A stretch of DNA of 46,452 nucleotides from positions 1 through 46,452 of the forward strand of contig DGHJ01000001.1 of the NCBI GenBank assembly GCA_002392625.1, given 5' to 3'. Source of the stretch: Oscillospiraceae bacterium UBA3851. GTDB lineage: Bacteria > Bacillota > Clostridia > Oscillospirales > Oscillospiraceae. A program made the position numbers and the translations under genes. This document shows, piece after piece, positions 8,048-17,151 of this stretch. Position 1 is the stretch's first letter. The number at the start of each line of letters is the position of its first letter. The notes beneath the pieces were generated by a model that did no database searches, was not told the DNA's origin, and saw only the letters and a program-made list of their open reading frames with translations.

Positions 8048-9298
8048 ATGGCTATTGCAGAAGTGATCAAATTTGAAGGACCCCAGGACGCCCTTGTATG
8101 GAAGTTCCCTGTGGAGGATTTCAACGCCACATCCCAGCTGATCGTTGACGAGACCCACGAGGCACTGCTGGTGGTGAACGGCCAGGCGGCCGATCTGTTC
8201 ACCGCGGGCAGACGGACGCTGTCCGTGCCCAACATTCCCATTGCGCGCAAGCTCATCGAGATCCCCACAGGCGGCAACTCCCCATTCCCGTGCAAGGTGT
8301 TCTTTATCAACAAGGTCCACCAGATGGATCTGCTGTGGGGCACCCAGGGACCCATCGCGCTGGAGGATCCCCTGTACGATATTTTTATGCACGTCATGGC
8401 CAACGGCAGCATGTCCGTCTCCGTGGACAACTCCCGGAAGTTTATCCTGAAAATGGTGGGATTCCGGGATAATTTCAACAACAACGAGCTGATCGCCAAG
8501 TTCAGGGGCATCATCTCCTCCCACGTGAAGGACTGCATCTCCAAAATCATGATCAACGGCATGCTCAGCTACTTCATGATGAACGCCCACCTGTTCGAGC
8601 TCAGCGGCGTGGTGAAGGAGCGGCTGGACACCGTCTTCGAGGAGTACGGCATCCGCATCGAGTACTTCAACATGGAGACCATCGAGGTGCCGGAGGCTGA
8701 CTACAAGAAGGTCAGCGAGGCCAAGGAGCGCCGGACCAGCCGCATGATCGAGGGCTACACCTGGCAGGAGGAGCGCCAGATGATGATCGCCGAGAAGTTT
8801 GCCGGCAACGAGGGCACCATGGGCAACGTAGGCGGAGCGGTCGGCGGCTTCATGATGGGCGGCGCCATGGGCGGCTCCATCGTGGATATCGCCAGAAACG
8901 CCCTGGATCCGGAGAAGGTCCCCACCGGGAAGCCCCCCAAGGATGCCGGCGGCACCCATCCCCGGCCCGGCCAGGGACCCGGCTCCATCGACGTCAACGA
9001 CTTCTTCAAGCCCAAGACCGCCGAGCCGACCAAGCCACAGAGCGCCGGAGGCGGGGACAAGTGTCCCAAGTGCGGCGCCGATCTGCCGGAGAACGCCAAG
9101 TTCTGCCTCAGCTGCGGCGAGAGGATCCAGCGGGACGACGGCCTCATCACCTGCCCCAACTGCGGCAGCAGGGTGCAGAAGGGCAAGTTCTGCCTGGAGT
9201 GCGGCTACCGGTTCCCGGTCAGCAACACCTGCCCCAAGTGCGGTGCCCGGCTGCCCGAAGGCGCCAAGTTCTGCCTGGAGTGCGGCGAGAGACTGTAA
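8048..9298 (+). CDS. SPFH/Band-7 domain protein with C-terminal zinc ribbons (YdjI-like)
   Basis: LVWKFP..DFN..SQLIVDE.HEAL....G...D....G..TL...NIP, WGT..PI...DP, Gly-rich linker, then six CxxC pairs (CPKCG...KFC.ECG). Confidence 0.85.
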   Translation: MAIAEVIKFEGPQDALVWKFPVEDFNATSQLIVDETHEALLVVNGQAADLFTAGRRTLSVPNIPIARKLIEIPTGGNSPFPCKVFFINKVHQMDLLWGTQGPIALEDPLYDIFMHVMANGSMSVSVDNSRKFILKMVGFRDNFNNNELIAKFRGIISSHVKDCISKIMINGMLSYFMMNAHLFELSGVVKERLDTVFEEYGIRIEYFNMETIEVPEADYKKVSEAKERRTSRMIEGYTWQEERQMMIAEKFAGNEGTMGNVGGAVGGFMMGGAMGGSIVDIARNALDPEKVPTGKPPKDAGGTHPRPGQGPGSIDVNDFFKPKTAEPTKPQSAGGGDKCPKCGADLPENAKFCLSCGERIQRDDGLITCPNCGSRVQKGKFCLECGYRFPVSNTCPKCGARLPEGAKFCLECGERL

Positions 9299-9336
9299 AC
9301 GGACAATAAAGACTTAGAAAAAAAGGAGAGAGCATC

Positions 9337-10044
9337 ATGAGCAACAAGACAAATGGGAAAACCAGAAACACCGTAGGCATCGGCCTCATTTACCTGATCC
9401 TTTTCGCCGTGTTCAATATGCTGGTGTTCCTGATCTTTAAGGAGCGCAACAACGTCTTCTGGCTGAGCTACGCTTTCATGGCCCTGGCCTTTGTGGTCCA
9501 GATCGTGAGCATGTTCCTGTCCTTCAAATCAGCCGACGTGGAGACGGCGTTCTTCGGCATCCCCCTGGCGTCCTTCTCCGTCTACTACCTGATCGCCTCC
9601 CTGGTGATCGGCGCGCTGTTCATGATCTTCCAGGCGCACGTCAACTTCACCTTGGCCCTGGTGATCCAGGTGCTGGTGCTCGCCGCGTTTCTGATCATCG
9701 CCATCATCTCCCTCCTCTCCCGCGACACGGTACAGGAGATCAGCGACAACATCAAGGTCAACGCAGCCAACCTCAAGTCCGTGCTGGTGGACGTGGAGAT
9801 GATGCGGGACGAGTGCACCGACCCGGAGCTGAAGGCGTCCCTGCGCCGCCTGGCGGAGACCGTCAAGTATTCCGACCCCATGACCAACGACGCGGTGGCC
9901 GACGTGGAGCAGCGCATCATGCGGACCATCTCCGAAATGCGCATCAGCATCGACGACGGCCAGATCGCCGACGCCAAACAGGCCTGCAGCCAGCTGGAGC
10001 GGCTGTTCGTTGAGAGGAACAAGAAGCTGGCCATCTCAAAATAA
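9337..10044 (+). CDS. Membrane protein, ~4 TM helices plus C-terminal helical domain
   Basis: Four hydrophobic segments in residues ~12-126, then soluble helical tail with LAETVKYSDP. Confidence 0.75.
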   Translation: MSNKTNGKTRNTVGIGLIYLILFAVFNMLVFLIFKERNNVFWLSYAFMALAFVVQIVSMFLSFKSADVETAFFGIPLASFSVYYLIASLVIGALFMIFQAHVNFTLALVIQVLVLAAFLIIAIISLLSRDTVQEISDNIKVNAANLKSVLVDVEMMRDECTDPELKASLRRLAETVKYSDPMTNDAVADVEQRIMRTISEMRISIDDGQIADAKQACSQLERLFVERNKKLAISK

Positions 10045-10062
10045 AAGCGGAGAGGTACGCAC

Positions 10063-12057
10063 ATGGCTGTTAGTTTTGTGGCTCGGAAATGTACGCAGTG
10101 CGCCGGAAAACTGGAGTACATCAAAGAGAAAAAATTATGGAGATGCCTGTACTGCGGCGCGGAGATCGAGCGTCAGGAGCAGTACGACGGCCTGTTTACC
10201 ATCAAGAACGTGGTGCGGCAATCGCTGCTGGACACGGCGTACCGCCGCCTGGACAGCGCCGCCAAGAATCTCATCGAATGCGAGAAGATCGATTCACGCT
10301 ACGTGGGCACGCTGATCGCCAAGCTGGCCTACGATATGATCCGGGTCATCACCCCCGGCGCCTGCGATCCGCGGGACGCGCGGTCCATCTTCACCCAGCT
10401 CAAGAAGACCTACGAACAGCTCCGGGCCATCAGCACCGGCGTCTCCGACGACGAAGAGGCGCTGTATGAGTTCCTGGAGGAGTCGGATATCTTCGCCACG
10501 CTGATCCTGGTGTACGACGCCCTGAACGACACCGCCCGCCGGGATCACGTGGCCCAGCTGCTGGACGCGGGGGACGTGTTCTCCAAGCCCGCCAACAACA
10601 ATCTGCTCACCTACGCGCTGAAGACCGGCAAGACGGACCTGGCCGACAAGGTCATCGCCAACGTGGACAACATCGACCCCAAGGCGGCGCTGAGCGAGGT
10701 CATGAACAAGTACCCGGACAGCGCCGAAAAGGGGCAGCGTATGACGGCGCTGCTGGCCACCGGCGCTATCCGGTATGAGGACAAGAAGCTGGTGGAGGGC
10801 TATCTGACCGGCTCCGGCGACAGCGTGGAAACGAAGTGCGCCGCTGCCGTGGCCGCCATGGACAAGGGCATCCCCGTAGGCACCGATGTGCTGATGGACA
10901 GCGTGGTGAGAAGAGGTGACGCTGAGACGGTCAAAAAGGCGCTGACAGCCTTCTGCCGGACCAGGATCGGCGACGACGACGTGGTCCGGATCCTGGACTT
11001 TGCCTACGGATGCGGCGACCGGACGACCGCCGAGAACGCTTTGGACTGCCTGAAAAACAGCGGGCATTACGTGCTGGTCCCCGCCAAGCTGCTGATCGGC
11101 ATGCTGGCCGGCAGCGCCTTCGGCGCCGAGGACAAGATCGCCCTGGTGAACAAATCCTTCGCGTTCAAGGTGGACGCCAAGTCCGCCGAGTCCGTTCTGA
11201 CAAATTATCTCTGCTACAATGGCGCGTCGCCGGAGGAGCGGGAAAAGGTGATGGCCTGCCTGCTGGACAAGGTGGGCACCGTCCCCACCGCCACGGTGGA
11301 GAACTACGTGCTCAAATGCCGGCTGGACGGCGAGAAAAAGGCCGCCATGGTCAAGACCCTGTTTGACAAGGGGCTGAAGATCAGCTTTTTCAACAGCCTG
11401 CTGTCCAAGTACATGAACGGCAGCCAGGACGACAGAGCCGTGAAGACGGCCGTGGTGGAGGTGCTGTCCGGTCTGGGACTGAAGATCGAGCCGGGCGCGT
11501 TCGTCGACTATATCTGCGATTCCGCCGACGAGCTGCCTGTGAAGCTGCAGTTCGTCCGGCGGATGGCTGCCAACGGCTCCCAGCTCAGAGCGGACGCGGC
11601 CAACGCTTACCTGGAGCGCACGGCGCCGGAGCGGTTCAGCCCGGAGCTGTTCTCCATGGTCTGTACCCCCGGCAGCTCGTTCTCCGGCCGCGCCGTGGAG
11701 AACTACGTGCTGCGGTGCCGGGACAGAGACGCCGTCAGGGCGGACAACGTCCGCGCACTGATCGAGCGGGCCTCATCCGACGTGACCAGCGCCAGCTGCC
11801 GCATCAGCCATCTGGGCAACGCCGTCACCTGCAATCTCCTGCAGGCGTACGTGCTGACCACTTCGGACGCGGCGGAGACGGCTGTCCGTGTCGCCGACTA
11901 TCTGATGTCCGCCCGGAAGCTGAAGATCAACGCGGAGATGAGCGTCTCCGGGACGAGTATGAAGCTGAAAAAGTACGTGGTCGCCAACAGGGCAAGCCTG
12001 AGCGCGGTGACCAACGCGCTGTGCGAAAAATACAAGGTTTATTCCATGCTGTTCTGA
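10063..12057 (+). CDS. Hypothetical protein, N-terminal zinc ribbon plus alpha-helical repeat body
   Basis: CTQCAG...CLYCG at the N-terminus; recurring (VE)NYVL.C / NYLC / DYIC / NAYL helical units; strong RBS and host-like codon usage. Confidence 0.75.
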   Translation: MAVSFVARKCTQCAGKLEYIKEKKLWRCLYCGAEIERQEQYDGLFTIKNVVRQSLLDTAYRRLDSAAKNLIECEKIDSRYVGTLIAKLAYDMIRVITPGACDPRDARSIFTQLKKTYEQLRAISTGVSDDEEALYEFLEESDIFATLILVYDALNDTARRDHVAQLLDAGDVFSKPANNNLLTYALKTGKTDLADKVIANVDNIDPKAALSEVMNKYPDSAEKGQRMTALLATGAIRYEDKKLVEGYLTGSGDSVETKCAAAVAAMDKGIPVGTDVLMDSVVRRGDAETVKKALTAFCRTRIGDDDVVRILDFAYGCGDRTTAENALDCLKNSGHYVLVPAKLLIGMLAGSAFGAEDKIALVNKSFAFKVDAKSAESVLTNYLCYNGASPEEREKVMACLLDKVGTVPTATVENYVLKCRLDGEKKAAMVKTLFDKGLKISFFNSLLSKYMNGSQDDRAVKTAVVEVLSGLGLKIEPGAFVDYICDSADELPVKLQFVRRMAANGSQLRADAANAYLERTAPERFSPELFSMVCTPGSSFSGRAVENYVLRCRDRDAVRADNVRALIERASSDVTSASCRISHLGNAVTCNLLQAYVLTTSDAAETAVRVADYLMSARKLKINAEMSVSGTSMKLKKYVVANRASLSAVTNALCEKYKVYSMLF

Positions 12058-12078
12058 GAAAGAGGGAGGAAGGTCACA

Positions 12079-14802
12079 ATGATCAAAACGCTGGAGCTGG
12101 CCAACGGGATGTTCGTCAGCATGGCCGCCGCGGAGGTGACCTCCGTCCCCTTTTTTGAGCTGTTCTCCAAGGATCTGGACCGCGCCAACTACATGAATCA
12201 GGTCCTGTTCACCCAGTTGCTCCAGTCCATGCACCGGAAGTCGGAGGGCGGGAGCACCGCCTTTGAGTTTCTGTTCCAGAGCATCGGCGTGGATAACCAG
12301 ACATACAAGGCCCAGGTCAAGCTGTTCGTCATCGTCCGGCGCATCGGCCAGACGCGTGAGGAGAACGAGGCGTTTCTCAACGACATGATGAAGAGCATCA
12401 AAAACGATATGGAGGACAAGAACTTCTCTGTGTCGGTGTTCGACAGCGACGGGGAGTATGACGCCTTTGAACGCTCCCTCGCCAAAACGAGCTGCTCCAA
12501 GGTGCTGTCCGTGGCCAAGAAGGAGAAGGCCATCGCCAGCATGCTGTCGGCCAACGGGCTGATCTACTACAACGAGGTGGTGGCGCCCTCGGAAAACGTC
12601 AATCTTTCTACGCTGACCAACGCCCTGACCCAGTACCCCGGCAGCGTGATCTCCCTGCAGGTGATCCCCTCCGGGTACTCCGCGCAGGAGCGGATGACCA
12701 TTGAGGAGGGGCGGAACTTCCTGGCACGCTTCGTCAGCGAGATCCGCTATCGCCAGGGGATCCGGGCCGACGCCAACACCCAGATGGTGGCCGACGCCTA
12801 CGACTACTACTCTCAGGCCGGGAATGAGCTGCTGTTCCTGTATAACTACGTGGTCTATTCCGAGTACAGCAGCGCCATCGACCTGGCCAACAAGCTGATG
12901 GACGCCGTGGAGGAGGAGGGGAAGGCTACCGGCAGCGCCATGGATATCGTGGACCTGACGGATTACGGTCTGTCCCCGGCGGGGAATCTCTTCGCCGACC
13001 CGTGGATCCTCAGCGACATTCTGATCAACCGCGCCAGAGAGATGAGCTTCTGGGGCGGGAAAAACGCGCCTACACAGCTGCTGCGGCTCCGGCAGCTCAT
13101 GACCACGCGGGAGCTGCGGGGCACCTTCAAATTCCCCATTGACGACGGCAAGACCATCGGCCTGGACAGCAACAAGATCCTGGCCAACCGGGAGCGGCTG
13201 CACCAGAGCATTATATCCGACGGCAACTTCAAGGTGGGCGTGATCCAGAACGCCAGCAAGAGCGGCAAGAACGACAACGCCCACGCCGGCATCCCCCTGA
13301 ACGATTTCACCAAGCACGGCCTGGTGGTGGGCATGCCAGGCTCCGGCAAGACCAACTTCTCCCTGGGGATGCTGCTGCAGTTCTGGAATGATTTCGGGAT
13401 CCCATTCCTGGCCATCGAGCCTACCAAGAGCGAGTATCGCTCCCTCATCGACGGCATTCCCGAACTGCAGATCTTCACGCCTGGCAAGAACACCGTCTCG
13501 CCCTATATCATCAACCCCTTCCTGCCGCCCACCGGCGTGACGGTGGAGAGCTACGTGCCCAGCCTGATGTCGGCGTTCAAGGCCGCCTTCTCCATGCCGG
13601 ACCCGCTGCCCGACATCTTCCTGTCCGCCATCAACGACTGCTACAACGAATACGGCTGGAAGAACGACAGCACCAAGGACGACCCCACCGTGCAGCCCTT
13701 CGGCATCTACGAGTTCATCAAGGTCTTCAAAAAGAAGATCCGCCACACCGACTACCGGGGCGAGGTCAAGGCCAACATGGAGAGCGCCGGCGTGGTCCGA
13801 CTGACCAGCCTCATCGAGCAGAACAGCAATATCTACGACACGGTCAACACCATCCCCCTGGAGGACCTGCTGAGCAAGCCCACGGTCATTGAGCTGAACG
13901 CCATCAACAACAAGGAGCAGAAATCACTGATCATGGCGCTGCTGCTGATTATGATCTGCGTCTACACAAAAAACAACGTCTCCGGCGACGGCAAGCTGAA
14001 AAATGTCCTGCTGATCGACGAGGCCCACGTGCTCCTGGCGGGCGGCAGCAACAAGTCCGGCGACGGCGCCGATTCCCAGGGCTCCACCGTAGAGGCGCTG
14101 GAGGACATGATCGCCGAGATCCGCTCCTACGGCACCAGCATCATCATCGCCGACCAGTCCCCCACCAAGGTGGGGCGCAGCGTGGTGGCCAACACCAACG
14201 TCAAGGTCATCTTCAAGCTGGTGGAGAAGGAGAACAAGGACGCCATCAGCACCGCCACCAACATGAACGAGGCTGACTACGACTTGCTGGGCCGGCTGGG
14301 CGTGGGCGAGGCTCTGCTCCATTACGGACGGGTCTACACACCCCTGCATATCAAAACCTACAACGTGCAGGAAAAGGCCGCCATCCGGCCCGTGATCTCC
14401 GACGCGGAGATCGCCTCACTGTCCACCTATTGGGACAGCCATCCCAAGCTGCTGATCCCCCACGCGGAGTGTCAGTTCAGCCCCTTCTGCGCCGAGGCGT
14501 GCGACTTCAAGCTCCGGGCCAACGCGGACTTTATCGCCTCGCGGCTGATCAACGACTGCCTCTATGAGCTGAACGAGAAGGCGGATTTCGTCCGGTTCCT
14601 GGTGCGGATGGACAGGAATATCGCGGACGTGCTGCGGGAGAATCCATCCATACCCATCAGCGATAAGCTGAGCAACTGTGTAAAGATCAAATTCCTTCGG
14701 AAAGCCATGCTGATCAAGGACTTCGGCCTGACAAAGGCGGAATACGGGACGATCCTGCGCCACCCCAGGTTCTTGAAGAAGCAGGAGCCGATCAACATGT
14801 AA
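12079..14802 (+). CDS. HerA/FtsK/VirB4-superfamily P-loop ATPase (DUF87/HerA-like)
   Basis: TKHGLVVGMPGSGKT (Walker A), LAIEPTKSEY, LLIDEAH (Walker B), EIRSYG, IIADQSP and NTN.K; ~400-aa unknown N-terminal region. Confidence 0.9.
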   Translation: MIKTLELANGMFVSMAAAEVTSVPFFELFSKDLDRANYMNQVLFTQLLQSMHRKSEGGSTAFEFLFQSIGVDNQTYKAQVKLFVIVRRIGQTREENEAFLNDMMKSIKNDMEDKNFSVSVFDSDGEYDAFERSLAKTSCSKVLSVAKKEKAIASMLSANGLIYYNEVVAPSENVNLSTLTNALTQYPGSVISLQVIPSGYSAQERMTIEEGRNFLARFVSEIRYRQGIRADANTQMVADAYDYYSQAGNELLFLYNYVVYSEYSSAIDLANKLMDAVEEEGKATGSAMDIVDLTDYGLSPAGNLFADPWILSDILINRAREMSFWGGKNAPTQLLRLRQLMTTRELRGTFKFPIDDGKTIGLDSNKILANRERLHQSIISDGNFKVGVIQNASKSGKNDNAHAGIPLNDFTKHGLVVGMPGSGKTNFSLGMLLQFWNDFGIPFLAIEPTKSEYRSLIDGIPELQIFTPGKNTVSPYIINPFLPPTGVTVESYVPSLMSAFKAAFSMPDPLPDIFLSAINDCYNEYGWKNDSTKDDPTVQPFGIYEFIKVFKKKIRHTDYRGEVKANMESAGVVRLTSLIEQNSNIYDTVNTIPLEDLLSKPTVIELNAINNKEQKSLIMALLLIMICVYTKNNVSGDGKLKNVLLIDEAHVLLAGGSNKSGDGADSQGSTVEALEDMIAEIRSYGTSIIIADQSPTKVGRSVVANTNVKVIFKLVEKENKDAISTATNMNEADYDLLGRLGVGEALLHYGRVYTPLHIKTYNVQEKAAIRPVISDAEIASLSTYWDSHPKLLIPHAECQFSPFCAEACDFKLRANADFIASRLINDCLYELNEKADFVRFLVRMDRNIADVLRENPSIPISDKLSNCVKIKFLRKAMLIKDFGLTKAEYGTILRHPRFLKKQEPINM

Positions 14803-14820
14803 GAAAAGGAGGTCACAGCG

Positions 14821-16818
14821 ATGGGCGAAGACGAACTGGATCTGTCCATGGACACACCGTCCCTGGATGACGTCAGCTCGGATGTTTCGGGTTCGGGCGG
14901 AGCGTCCGGCTCGTTCGACGTGGGGAGCCTGATGGACGAAGTCTCCGCCGCACCGATGGACGGCTTCGACGATGCGGCCATCGACAGCTCGCCTGAGACG
15001 TTCGATCTCCCGGCCGACGAGCCCGGCGGGATCGACGGACTGATGGACGCCGCAGCGGACGATCTGGACGCCGACAGTCTGGAGCCGGCGGATCTGCCCG
15101 GCGACTTGGACGACGGCATACAGGACTCCGGGTCCGACATCGCAGACCTGATGGATGAAGCCACCATCGAGCCTATGAACGACGCGGCGCCGCCCGATAC
15201 GGCGGAATCGCCGGACGGGGACCTGGACGGGGCAATGGATGACGCGCCGGAGACGCCGGACGTTCTGCTGGAGATCGACGACGCCCCGGCGGATGGCCCG
15301 GACGTCGAGACGCTGATGGAAGACGATCTTCCGGCGGAGACAGAGGACGCCGCCGATCTCCCCGCTGATGTGCCCGACGTACCGCAGGAGGAGATGGCAG
15401 AGGTCTCGGACCTGCTGGATGAGACAGAGGTGGACGAGCCGACAGACGCGGCGGAGGAAGTGACGGATATTCCCGCCGATGTGCCCGATGTAGCCCAGGA
15501 GGAGACGGCAGAGGTCTCGGACCTGCTGGATGAGACAGAGCCGGACGCCCCGGCGGACACAGCGGAGCCATATAAGGCGGTCCTAAATTCAGAAATCCCC
15601 ATTCTGAAGGAGGACGAAACGGTAGACAGCCTGGAAAACGTGATGAACGATCTGAACGAGGGGGAGGGCGACATCCCGACAGACACAGCGGAGCCATACA
15701 AGGCGGTCCCAAATTCAGAAATCCCCATTCTGAAGGAGGACGAAACGGTAGACAGCCTGGAAAACGTGATGAACGATCTGAACGAGGGGGAGAGCGACTC
15801 CCCGGCAGACGTGACGCCTGAGATTTTGGCGGATAATGCACCGGATCTGCCCCACGACCTTGCGCCGGATGTGATGGGCGGGGAGAACCCGGAGAGCAGA
15901 ATTGAAGAGTTGGAGGCACAGAAAGCGGAACTCCTTGCCATGAAGGAGCAGCTGTTGGCCTATAAGCAGGAACATGCGGATTATCCCGACGAGAGTGATG
16001 AGGGAGCGCTTGTCAAGGTTCTGAAGAAGGACGGAACGGACACCAGTGTGATCCACCACGACTACGAGGCGGAGCTGGCAGATTTGGATGACGGGATCAC
16101 GAATTGGCAGAAGATACAGGAGGAGTGGGCCTCAGACCTCAACGAAGAACTGAAACAGATCAATGAAAACCCGGATCTGAGCGAATCTGAGCGCATGGAC
16201 CTGCTAAAGGAGCACTACGCCAAGCGAGACGTGTATGCAAAGGAGTATGACAAAGAGTACGCCGAACTGAAGGAAGCCAGAGATGAGCTGCTGAAAAAAG
16301 CGGGAAAAGACACCTTGAACAAAACAGAGACGCTGGAACCGAAAAAAGAGACGCTGGAGCCGAATAAAGAGACAACCGATGTGCCGAAGCTGGAGGATAT
16401 TTCCGATTGGATCGAGGATATAAACCCAAAATACGATCCCTTTGACTGGGAATCACCGTATTCGAACAACTGTGGATCCTGTGCTTTTGCTGTTGAGCAA
16501 AGACTGGACGGAAATGAATCCATTGCTGCCACAAGTGAAAACATCGGTACAATCGAAGAAATGAATAAGGCCACAGGCATGGAACAGGTGGCCATGTCAC
16601 CCAATGAAATAAAGGATTATCTGATCTCTCAGGGGCCGGGCTCACATGGCATTGTGGGCATTGATCGCGTCTCCGGCCCCGGTCATTGGTTCAACGCCTA
16701 TTACGACGGCAAAAAGGTTGTGGCCATAGACGGGCAGACGGGAGAGATCAACGATTGGCCGCCTGACTATGGCGATGTGAAGAACTGGGATATCAGCGTG
16801 AGAAAGGAGAAGCTGTGA
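14821..16818 (+). CDS. Putative polymorphic toxin: acidic repeat N-terminus, coiled coil, C-terminal papain-fold (Tox-PL / glutamine-deamidase-like) domain
   Basis: C-terminal INP...NNCGSCAFA...GSHGIV......GHWFNA....GKKVVAIDGQTG gives a Cys-His-Asp triad in Tox-PL order. No signal peptide. Followed 1 bp later by a small ORF. Confidence 0.8.
   Translation: MGEDELDLSMDTPSLDDVSSDVSGSGGASGSFDVGSLMDEVSAAPMDGFDDAAIDSSPETFDLPADEPGGIDGLMDAAADDLDADSLEPADLPGDLDDGIQDSGSDIADLMDEATIEPMNDAAPPDTAESPDGDLDGAMDDAPETPDVLLEIDDAPADGPDVETLMEDDLPAETEDAADLPADVPDVPQEEMAEVSDLLDETEVDEPTDAAEEVTDIPADVPDVAQEETAEVSDLLDETEPDAPADTAEPYKAVLNSEIPILKEDETVDSLENVMNDLNEGEGDIPTDTAEPYKAVPNSEIPILKEDETVDSLENVMNDLNEGESDSPADVTPEILADNAPDLPHDLAPDVMGGENPESRIEELEAQKAELLAMKEQLLAYKQEHADYPDESDEGALVKVLKKDGTDTSVIHHDYEAELADLDDGITNWQKIQEEWASDLNEELKQINENPDLSESERMDLLKEHYAKRDVYAKEYDKEYAELKEARDELLKKAGKDTLNKTETLEPKKETLEPNKETTDVPKLEDISDWIEDINPKYDPFDWESPYSNNCGSCAFAVEQRLDGNESIAATSENIGTIEEMNKATGMEQVAMSPNEIKDYLISQGPGSHGIVGIDRVSGPGHWFNAYYDGKKVVAIDGQTGEINDWPPDYGDVKNWDISVRKEKL
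15361..15540 (+). repeat. Intragenic direct repeat A (period 111 bp / 37 aa)
   Basis: 15361-15429 vs 15472-15540, encoding PADVPDV.QEE.AEVSDLLDETE twice. Confidence 0.9.
15556..15792 (+). repeat. Intragenic direct repeat B (period 126 bp / 42 aa)
   Basis: 15556-15666 vs 15682-15792, two mismatches seen; DTAEPYKAV.NSEIPILKEDETVDSLENVMNDLNEGE twice. Confidence 0.95.
16327..16373 (+). repeat. 21-bp tandem repeat just before the toxin domain
   Basis: GAGACGCTGGAACCGAAAAAA GAGACGCTGGAGCCGAATAAA GAGAC (ETLEPKK ETLEPNK ET). Confidence 0.85.
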
Positions 16819-16819
16819 C

Positions 16820-17047
16820 ATGGAAAAAAATATGGCGGAGTGCATCAAATGCGTTCTTGGCCTCAGTGATGCTGAGCTTGCAGAAAATTCCATGATCCTT
16901 CCTGAGATCGATGCGGTCTACTGTTGGTCTTCTGGGAGGGCCGGTAAAGCAATGATTATCAATGCAGCCGGAGAAAGACTGATCGCAACCTCAGCGGTGC
17001 GGTTTGAAGACCACGTGAAGGCATTCAAAGCGGGTCGACGCAACTGA
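16820..17047 (+). CDS. Small protein, candidate cognate immunity protein
   Basis: 75 aa, starts 1 bp after the toxin stop, RBS AAAGGAG inside the toxin 3' end, shares the lower GC of the toxin tip. Confidence 0.65.
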   Translation: MEKNMAECIKCVLGLSDAELAENSMILPEIDAVYCWSSGRAGKAMIINAAGERLIATSAVRFEDHVKAFKAGRRN

Positions 17048-17151
17048 CCACGGATGTGGATCAGTTGGAGGGAGATCGAGCGATTTAACCGGACGGCTGC
17101 TAAGGGGATCCCGCTGGGAATTGTAATCTATAAAGAAGGAGGATTTTTGCT

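Noticed and set aside
11773-13746. Long minus-strand ORFs (also 7967-8959, 17737-19050, 18890-20473, 22336-24468, 29889-32093, 32144-33307, 33286-35334, 37209-38963)
   Set aside because: Antisense shadows of GC3-biased plus-strand genes; no motifs or RBS, and they mirror well-supported CDSs.
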